Source: Pecten maximus
Taxonomy: Eukaryota
Reading direction: 5' to 3'
NCBI RefSeq assembly: GCF_902652985.1
Contig: NC_047025.1
Coordinates: 39,308,001-39,372,000 of the forward strand
DNA length: 64,000 bases
Positions 54,166 through 64,000 of the stretch are shown piece after piece; position 1 is the stretch's first letter; every line of letters starts with the position of its first letter. The translations under genes were made by a program, and so were the position numbers. Below the pieces are notes generated by a model that had not been told where the DNA came from, did not search any database, and saw nothing but the letters and a program-made list of their open reading frames with translations.

Positions 54166-55206
54166 AGAAAACAAGATATTCGAACCTGCTCCAGAAGACA
54201 TCCCTTATCAAACGTGGTTAAATTCCAATCGTAACTACAAGAACGTCTGATTGGTTCCCGAGTTGATGATTTAACTACATGTAGTTCTAGCCAAAGTGTC
54301 TGTTCAGGAGTTCGGTAAAGTGTCCGTTCATGTGAGCGGTAAAGTAAAGTTTGGTATCTATCCTAGACCAAATCAAACCTTGATGTATACTACAAGGATT
54401 GATATATGTGTTTCTCTAGCCTTTGTGACAACATGCTATACAACCACAGTTATAAAATTTTTGTTGACTTTCAGTGCGTCAATATTAACTGGACATTAGG
54501 CTAGGTAAGGAACGTGTTCTGTGATCTGGCCAATCTGACGTCTGTATGTTTAATAATTATAAATATCTTTGTTACAGCTGGCCAGTAAGTCCCTATAACG
54601 CAGCCTTTAATATACTCAACATAGAGGGCCATTCTACACCTTACTTTTCAATGTAAACCTATCCTACAACGTAAATAAACCATGAAGTCCTAGACACACC
54701 TATATCGAACACTGTTTATCATTCTGATTATAAAATGGTTTTTAATTTTATGTAAACAGAGATTTGCTTGCTGTTTATTTTCCTAGTGGTTCTATAAGGT
54801 TGAGAAAATTAATAGCGTTCTGAAAGGACGTGTGAAGTGAGGCCATCGACAGTATATCTTGAGACGTATTTCCTCGATTCAGTATATATTTAATCATTAG
54901 GTTTGTATTAACTTTGCGTTAAAAACAGTTAAGAAAACTTAAAATTTTGCATTGGGTACTTCTTCATAGAATAAAAAATAAACAACTGAATCGTTTAACT
55001 TTCTGAGGCAAATAGTGTGGAACTTGACAATCGGGCCGAGTAAAGGTGATTTATAACATGAAATTCGGGCCGAGTGTTATGTGCTCGTTGACATTCCAGT
55101 AAATTATAACGGATATACAACTAGTAAGAAGTAGTTCTCATTTAATTTACTTTTAGCTATAAATGTAACTTTGGTGCTCTATTTGCAGCGGCTCTATTTC
55201 TCAAAA

Positions 55207-55435
55207 TGTTAGCCAGTATCGTGTTGGGGCCCGTATGTTAGCCAGTATCGTGTTGGGGCCCGTATGTTAGCCAGTATCGTGTTGGGGCCCGTATCGTGTT
55301 GGGGCCAGTATCGTGTTGGGGCCCGTATGTTAGCCAGTATCGTGTTGGGGCCAGTATCGTGTTGGGGCCCGTATGTTAGCCAGTATCGTGTTGGGGCCCG
55401 TATGTTAGCCAGTATCGTGTTGGGGCCCGTATGTT
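55207..55435. repeat. 29-bp minisatellite
   Basis: Unit TGTTAGCCAGTATCGTGTTGGGGCCCGTA. Confidence 0.9.
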
Positions 55436-55519
55436 TTACAACGAATATTGTGCAATACCCCAGTTTGTTAAAGCGTCGGCCACTTAACCTCAAATGAAGA
55501 TCCATAACCCTTGATCCCT

Positions 55520-58150
55520 ATACAATACGTTAACACACGATTATAGATACATACCCCTACCCAATACGTTAACATTATAGATACTTACCCCTACCCAATA
55601 CGTTAACACTATAGATGCATACCCCTACCCAATACGTTAACACACGACTATATAGATACATACCCCTACCCAATACGTTAACACACGACTATAGATACAT
55701 ACCCCTACCCAATACGTTAACACACGACTATAGATACATACCCCTACCCAATACGTTAACACAAGACTATATAGATACATACCCCTACCCAATACGTTAA
55801 CACACGACTATAGATACATACCCCTACCCAATACGTTAACACTATAGATACATACCCCTACCCAATACGTTAACACTATAGATACATACCCCTACCCAAT
55901 ACGTTAACACACCACTAAAGATACATACCCCTACCCAATACGTTAACACTATAGATAGATACCCCTACCCAATACGTTAACACTATAGATACATACCCCT
56001 ACCCAATACGTTAACACACGACTATATAGATACATACCCCTACCCAATACGTTAACACACGACTATAGATACATACCCCTACCCAATACGTTAACACTAT
56101 AGATGCATACCCCTACCCAATACGTTAACACACGACTATAGATACATACCCCTACCCAATACGTTAACACACGACTATATATACATACCCCTACCCAATA
56201 CGTTAACACACGACTATAGATACATACCCCAACCCAATACGTTAACACTATAGATACCTACCCCTACCCAATACGTTAACACTATAGATACATACCCCTA
56301 CCCAATACGTTAACACACCACTAAAGATACATACCCCTACCCAATACGTTAACACTATAGATACATACCCCTACCCAATAGGTTAACACACGACTATAGA
56401 TAGATACCCCTACCCAATACGTTAACACACGACTATAGATACATACCCCTACCCAATACGTTAACACACGACTATATAGATACATACCCCTACCCAATAC
56501 GTTAACACTATAGATACTTACCCCTACCCAATACGTTAACACACGACTATAGATACATACCTCTAACCAATACGTTAACACACGACTATAGATGCATACC
56601 CCTACCCAATACGTTAACACACCACTAAAGATACATACCCCTACCCAATACGTTAACACTATACGTACATACCCCTACCCAATAGGTTAACACACGACTA
56701 TAGATACATACCCCTACCCAATACGTTAACACTATACGTACATACCCCTACCCAATAGGTTAACACACGACTATAGATACATACCCCTACCCAATACGTT
56801 AACACTATAGATACATACCCCTACCCAATACGTTAACACACGACTATAGATACATACCCCTACCCAATACGTTAACACTATAGATACATACCCCTACCCA
56901 ATACGTTAACACTATAGACACATACCCCTACCCAATACGTTAACACACGACTATAGATACATACCCCTACCCAATACGTTAACACTATAGATACATACCC
57001 CTACCCAATACGTTAACACTATAGACACATACCCCTACCCAATACGTTAACACACGACTATAGATACATACCCCTACCCAATACGTTAACCCATCACTAT
57101 AGATACATACCCCTACCCAATACGTTAACACACGACTATAGATACATACCCCTACCCAATACGTTAACACTATAGATACAATTGTACATACCTACACAAT
57201 ACGTTAACACACGACTATATATACATACCCCTACCCAATACGTTAACACTATAGATACTTACCCCTACCCAATACGTTAACACACGACTATATATACATA
57301 CCCCTACCCAATACAATGTACGTTAACACTATAGATGCAATTGTACATACCTACACAATACGTTAACACACGACTATAGATACATACCCCTACCCAATAC
57401 GTTAACACACTACTATAGATACATACCCCTACCCAATACGCTAACGCTATATATACATACCCCTACCCAATACGTTAACACACGATTATAGATACATACC
57501 CCTACCCAATACGTTAACACACGACTATAGATACATACCCCTACCCAATACGTTAACACACGACTATAGATACAGACCCTTACCCAATACGTTAACACAC
57601 GACTATAGATACATACCCCTACCCAATACGTTAACACTATAGATACATACCCCTACCCAATACGTTAACACTATAGATACATACCCCTACCCAATACGTT
57701 AACACACGACTATAGATACATACCCCTACCCAATACGTTAACACACTACTATAGATACATACCCCTACCCAATACGTTAACACTATAGATACATACCCCT
57801 ACCCAATACGTTAACACTATAGATACATACCCCTACCCAATACGTTAACACACGACTATAGATACATACCCCTACCCAATACGTTAACACTATAGATACC
57901 TACCCCTACCCAATACGTTAACACTATAGATACATACCCCTACCCAATACGTTAACACTATAGATACGACCCCTACCCAATACGTTAACACTATAGATAC
58001 ATACCCCTACCCAATACGTTAACACTATAGATACATACCCCTACCCAATACGTTAACACACGACTGTAGATACATACCCCTACCCAATACGTTAACACTA
58101 TAGATACAGACCCCTTCCCAATACGTTAACACACGACTATAGATACATAC
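55520..58150. repeat. 34/39-bp minisatellite
   Basis: Unit CTATAGATACATACCCCTACCCAATACGTTAACA(CACGA). Confidence 0.95.
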
Positions 58151-58675
58151 CTTGTGCGATGCAGCTTCATACTGTTACAGAGTATTTATCAGTTGCTTTA
58201 TGTCTAACATGAATTGGAATAAACAGAAGTGTCAATATATGGTCGGCACCAGTACAATTAATCTGATGAATGGATAGACTCGCCAGTTTTAAACACTCTC
58301 ATTCAGGTTGATAAAGCGCTATGAATGACTTTCCGACATTTTCCTTTCACGACGAAAATTACCATGTCTCTTCACTGGCCCCGAGCTGTGGTTATTTTGC
58401 TCTAGTCCAATTATAAAGATTTCCACAATATACACGGTGTTCTATGAAGAAAAAAAACTTCAAGTTAAAGAGTGGGGTCAGACTTAACTTAAGTACACGA
58501 GAGCGTTATATACGGCACGAATGGTCACAACAATCGTTAATTAAGTAAATTGATTTTCCCAGACAAGATCAATGGCTTGGCACAGAACACACACACCAAT
58601 ACGTCTATGATGTTTGTATTTGGGTAAAAGTATGCTCAAGAGGCAATTATACATCACATAGTACACTAGTCTGTT

Positions 58676-58836
58676 CTACCTGTATGGTTACCTCACTTTA
58701 CCTGTATGTTTACCTCGCTTTACCTGTATGTTTACCTCGCTTTACCTGTATGGTTACCTCGCTTTACCTGTATGTTTACCTCGCTTTACCTGTATGTTTA
58801 CCTCGCTTTACCTGTTTGTTCACCTCGCTTTACCTG
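58676..58836. repeat. 22-bp minisatellite
   Basis: Unit TTTACCTGTATGTTTACCTCGC. Confidence 0.88.
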
Positions 58837-59929
58837 CTTGTTGTGACCGTTTTAAATGGCTCGTCCTTGATCATATATTTCGCAGTATAGATTTCTACAT
58901 CATATCGCTTTACATTGTATATTTCGCAGTATAGATTTAATTAATTCTAAAACAAAACAGAACAAAACGAAGAAAGTTCCCTGGTCCTTTGAATGTTATA
59001 TTGACCTCTGCTAAAAACACATCTCGGCACAAATCACATAATTTCTAATTTTAGCAGATGTTTTTTTTTTTTTTTGACGACATCAGTATTTTTATCGATA
59101 TACGATACATATTAAAGGGAATTGAACCTCACAATTTGTCATCATAACAAAAATCAAAACATAGAAAGAAATTCGTAGATGTTAATATAAGATTCTACGG
59201 ACCTGACAAAACATTATATTAACTCCTCGGTGATACCATGGGGTATTTCCTAGGAAATGATTGATGCCATGTGATCTCATTAGGACCAATGAGTGACAGT
59301 GTTACATACCAATCATACGATAAATTTTATTATGATATAAGCAGCATTGCCACGTATATGCTTCATGACAAATATATCATGATCATAATCCCACATACCT
59401 AACATATGATGGACTATTTTTCTCACACCTTCTTCGTAAAATGCATCGGGAAATTGATCCAACATGGCGAAACCATATAGAAACTTGGCATATTTTCTCG
59501 GTGACCGACAATAAAACTAATTACATACTTGGAAAGATGAGAAAAAGTACGGTATACCATGAAAAATAAGTTGACTGTCAAAGTGTCAAGTTAACAACAA
59601 ATATATATTAATGTCTGTCAGAGGTGATCGGCTTTCCGGAAACTGCCGACTGATGTTTGACATCACGTCATATTCCTTCGCCTACGCTTGCTTACACAAC
59701 GAAAACTATCTAGTCTTCCGCTGTAAATAAAAATAAATTATCAACAAACAGTAACAATGTGACTGAATTTATAGGTCAATGATCACAATTTTTTTTCAAA
59801 TCACATAGAAAAAAATGATACAGTGCATTTGTGAATGTTATTATACATAAAAACAAACAGAAGGGTTTTCGAAGTGACGTCACACAATTAAAAAGTAATG
59901 CCGAACCTGAGGTCACTCGGTGAACCTAT

Positions 59930-60678
59930 GTGGAATAAATTCCATACAACATAGTTATGAGTGTAAGATAAATTCCAAACCGCATAGTTACGAGTGAAAT
60001 ATAAAGTTAATACTGCATAGTCATGAGTGTAAGATAAATTACATACAAATGTACTGCATAGTTACGAGTTAAAGATAAATTCCAAGCAACATAGTTACGA
60101 GTGAAAGAAAAAATTAATACAACAAAGTTACGAGTGTAAGATAAATTCAATACTGCATAGTTACGAGTGAAAGATGAATTTAATACTGCATAGTCATGAG
60201 TGTAAGATAAATTCCATACAACACAGTCAAGAGTGTAAGATAAATTCCATACAACACAGTCAAGAGTGTAAGATAAATTCCATACAACACAGTCAAGAGT
60301 GTAAGATACATTCCATACAACACAGTCAAGAGTGTAAGATAAATTCAATACTACATAGTCAAGAGTGTAAGATAAATTCAATATTACATAGTCAATAGTG
60401 TAAGAAAAATTCAATACTACATAGTCAAGAGTGTAAGATAAATTCCATACAACACAGTCAAGAGTGTAAGATAAATTAAATACAACACAGTCAAGAGTGT
60501 AAGATAAATTCAATACTACACAGTCAAGAGTGTAAGATAAATTCCATACAACACAGTCAAGAGTGTAAGATAAATTCCATACAACACAGTCAAGAGTGTA
60601 AGATAAATTCCATACAACACAGTCAAGAGTGTAAGATAAATTCCATACTACACAGTCAAGAGTGTAAGATAAACTCCG
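59930..60678. repeat. 33-bp minisatellite
   Basis: Unit GAGTGTAAGATAAATTCCATACAACACAGTCAA. Confidence 0.92.
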
Positions 60679-60771
60679 TGTTATAACCAGGCAGAAAGGT
60701 GATCAACTTTTAATAAATACACTAAATATATAACCATGAATGTTATATGTTGTATCGGTAATATGTGGTTA

Positions 60772-60914
60772 CTGTAAACCAACTTATTTTCGCGTGCGAT
60801 TAATCTTCGCGTGTATTGCGGATGATTAAATATTCGTGAAATTAATCACTGCGAAAAAGTCGTTAGTCATGAAAATGTGAAATTAAGACGCCGCAAAAAT
60901 AAGTTGGTTTACAG
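60772..60914. mobile_element. 143-bp MITE with TA target duplication
   Basis: TA|CTGTAAACCAACTTATTTTCGCG ... CGCAAAAATAAGTTGGTTTACAG|TA. Confidence 0.85.
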
Positions 60915-60928
60915 TATATTGAACGCGT

Positions 60929-61327
60929 TCAGTACGGATAAAGTATGTACGCTATACATGCGTCTGTGTATGACAGAGTCGTAAACTGTATTGACGACAC
61001 TGCCCGGAACAGGTCCTGGTGTGTTTCTAAATCTGTCGTATCTACGTCCTTAAATGATGGGAATCGTTCTCTTAATAATCTTTCCACCACACAGTATCCC
61101 AGGTCGGCGTCAATGCTGAACGTGACACTAAACATAGTGTATGACAAGGCGGGGGTCACTCCGCTTAATGTGTCGGTCTCGTGAACTATGGACGCCGTAT
61201 TACCGGAAGTACTGGTCACCTGACAGATACAGTAGCTCGGGAACGGAAATTGCGTTGTTCCTAAGTATGTTGCGGGCTCCACTGTCGAACATAACACCAC
61301 CACCGCTATAATAAGAAAGTTGACCAT
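60929..61327 (-). CDS. Uncharacterised secreted 4-Cys protein, paralog 5 (132 aa)
   Basis: MVNFLIIAVVVLCSTVEP signal peptide, then TYLG..FPSYCIC..SIVHETDTL..YTMFSVTFS..LGYCVVERL..FPSFK..YTDACIAY. Confidence 0.88.
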   Translation of the reverse strand: MVNFLIIAVVVLCSTVEPATYLGTTQFPFPSYCICQVTSTSGNTASIVHETDTLSGVTPALSYTMFSVTFSIDADLGYCVVERLLRERFPSFKDVDTTDLETHQDLFRAVSSIQFTTLSYTDACIAYILYPY

Positions 61328-62369
61328 AATACCGTCATTCTAAAGCCCGGATGTTTTCTGTGAACTCATTAGTATGTCGGGTTACTGTACATCTGAAACG
61401 AAAATAATAAAATATCATATTGTGGCTCCATAAACAACGATGTTTAATTTCACATTTTATTATTGACATTATAATCAGAAGTATATACCCACTCTGATCA
61501 ATTTCATCAATTTTGAAGAAAAAAATCATTCTGAGATTCAGCATGTCTTTTCCCCAATCGATTGAGTTAGTCGTGAAATAATGGTCGCCTTTGTGGTACA
61601 CACCAGTAAATACATAGACAAATTGGCCAAGTGTGGCTAAATCTGTGTGATCCTATAGAGTATTAAAATCACATTGAACAGGAGACATTTTGTCAGTTAT
61701 ACTTTTGATTAGTCATTGAAGACAACACAATACATTTTTCAGATTAACCTCGAATTCTCATTCCACTATATTACGAAATTATTTACTACCACTTTCGATC
61801 ACATCTTTACATATATACATGTTTTACTGTGATGTAGTCATCAATTCAAAAACAAAAAGTCATCAGTATGTTCTGTAAGATATTAAGAGTGTCGCTGACT
61901 TCTTACCGTTAGATATGATACCACCCCAGTGTTTCCTGTACGATCCTACACTCTGGTAGTAACCTGATGAGGTATGAGACACACCACCAGCCTGTTTTAC
62001 TAGTATAAGACTGATGAGGTATGAGACACACCACCAGCCTGTTTTACTAGTATAAGACAGTTGTCCTTGACGTTCCCTTATTAACGTCCACATGTATTAT
62101 GTATACGGACCAAATTAAACATAATGAGATCTCTAATAAAGAGACTGACTTTGGCCCATTACTTATATCAGCCGCCGTTTAAAACTCCTACATGGAAAGC
62201 TTGAGCGGATATCTTACTGGTAAATCTAGCATTCAATAGAATAAATTTAAATACATCGATCAAATAAGAAACCGTCTGTCAGCCCACTTTTAATAACTTG
62301 AAAGTTAGACGGAATATTAACATATTAACCTGTTGTTGAATACATCAACTTTAGGTAATATGAGTCTAC

Positions 62370-64000
62370 ACCGACATAAACCGTCAGAGTGACACTGCCC
62401 AAATATGTCCCAAACCGACATAAACCGTCAGAGTGACACTGCCCAAATATGTCCCAAACCGACGTACACCGTCAGAGTGACACTGCCCAAATATGTCACA
62501 AACCGACGTACACCGTCAGAGTGACACTGCCCTAATATGTCCCAAACCGACGTACACCGTCAGAGTGACTCTGCCCAAATATGTCACAAACCGACATAAA
62601 ACCGTCAGAGTGACCCTGCCCTAATATGTCACAAACCGACATAAACCGTCATAGTGACACTGCCCAAATATGTCCCAAACCGACGTAAACCGTCAGAGTG
62701 ACAATGTCCAAATATGTCCTAAACCGACGTACACCGTCAAAGTGACTCTGCCCAAATATGTCCCAAACCGACATAAACCGTCAGAGTGACACTGCCCAAA
62801 TATGTCCCAAACCGACGTACACCGTCAAAGTGACACTGCCCTAATATGTCCCAAACCGACGTACACCGTCAGAGTGACCCTGCCCTAATATGTCCCAAAC
62901 CGACGTACACCGTCAAAGTGACACTGCCCTAATATGTCACAAACCGACGTATACCGTCAAAGTGACACTGCCCTAATATGTCACAAACCGACGTACACCG
63001 TCAAAGTGACACTGCCCTAATATGTCCCAAACCGACGTACACCGTCAAAGTGACACTGCCCTAATATGTCACAAACCGACGTATACCGTCAGAGTGACAC
63101 TGCCCTAATATGTCACAAATCGACGTATACCGTCAAAGTGACACTGCCCTAATATGTCACAAACCGACGTACAATGTATACCGTCAAAGTGGCACTGCCC
63201 AAATATGTCACAAACCGACGTACAATGTAAACCGTCAAAGTGACACTGCCCAAATATGTCCCAAACCGACGTATACCGTGAAAGTGACACTGCCCAAATA
63301 TGTCCCAAACCGACGTACACCGTCAGAGTGACACTGCCCTAATATGTCCCAAACCGACGTACACCGTCAGAGTGACACTGCCCAAATATGTCACAAACCG
63401 ACATAAACCGTCAGAGTGACCCTGCCCTAATATGTCACAAACCGACATAAACCGTCAGAGTGACACTGCCCAAATATGTCACAAACCGACGTACACCGTC
63501 AGAGTGACCCTGCCCAAATATGTCCCAAACCGACATAAACCGACATAAACCGACATAAAACCGTCAGAGTGACCCTGCCCAAATATGTCACAAACCGACG
63601 TACACCGTCAGAGTGACCCTGCCCAAATATGTCACAAACCGACGTAAACCGTCAGAGTGACAATGTCCAAATATGTCCCAAACCGACGTACACCGTCAAA
63701 GTGACTCTGCCCAAATATGTCCCAAACCGACATAAACCGTCAGAGTGACACTGCCCAAATATGTCCCAAACCGACGTACACCGTCAGAGTGACACTGCCC
63801 AAATATGTCACAAACCGACGTACACCGTCAGAGTGACACTGCCCAAATATGTCACAAACCGACGTACACCGTCAGAGTGACACTGCCCAAATATGTCACA
63901 AACCGACATACACCGTCAGAGTGACACTGCCCAAATATGTCACAAACCGACGTACACCGTCAGAGTGACACTGCCCAAATATGTCACAAACCGACGTACA
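62370..64000. repeat. 44-bp minisatellite running off the window end
   Basis: Unit ACCGTCAGAGTGACACTGCCCAAATATGTCMCAAACCGACGTAC. Confidence 0.95.

Overview
AT-rich animal genomic DNA, most likely a bivalve mollusc. This is inferred from the C1q-domain gene, intronless Toll-like receptor, bivalve-type Helitron/SINE repeats and high minisatellite density. In order, the window holds: a decayed L1/Tx1 LINE interrupted by a Tc1 transposon; a head-to-head pair of C1qDC-type genes separated by a 31-bp minisatellite; a three-level transposon nest; and an intronless TLR. The nest is a 9-bp-TSD Mutator-like element containing a young 6.7-kb element (577-bp TIRs, 7-bp TSD) that encodes only a spliced Pif1 helicase and itself contains a Helitron-type repeat. 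Directly upstream of the TLR, on the same strand, is a tandem array of five diverged genes for small secreted proteins with a shared four-cysteine signature (YLG..PSYCIC..LGxCV..FPS..DACxxY) that I cannot assign to a known family. The five-gene family and the Pif1-carrying TIR element are the two best candidates for undescribed systems. About 17 unrelated tandem arrays explain most of the remaining ORF track. No database searches were run, and repeat boundaries are approximate.
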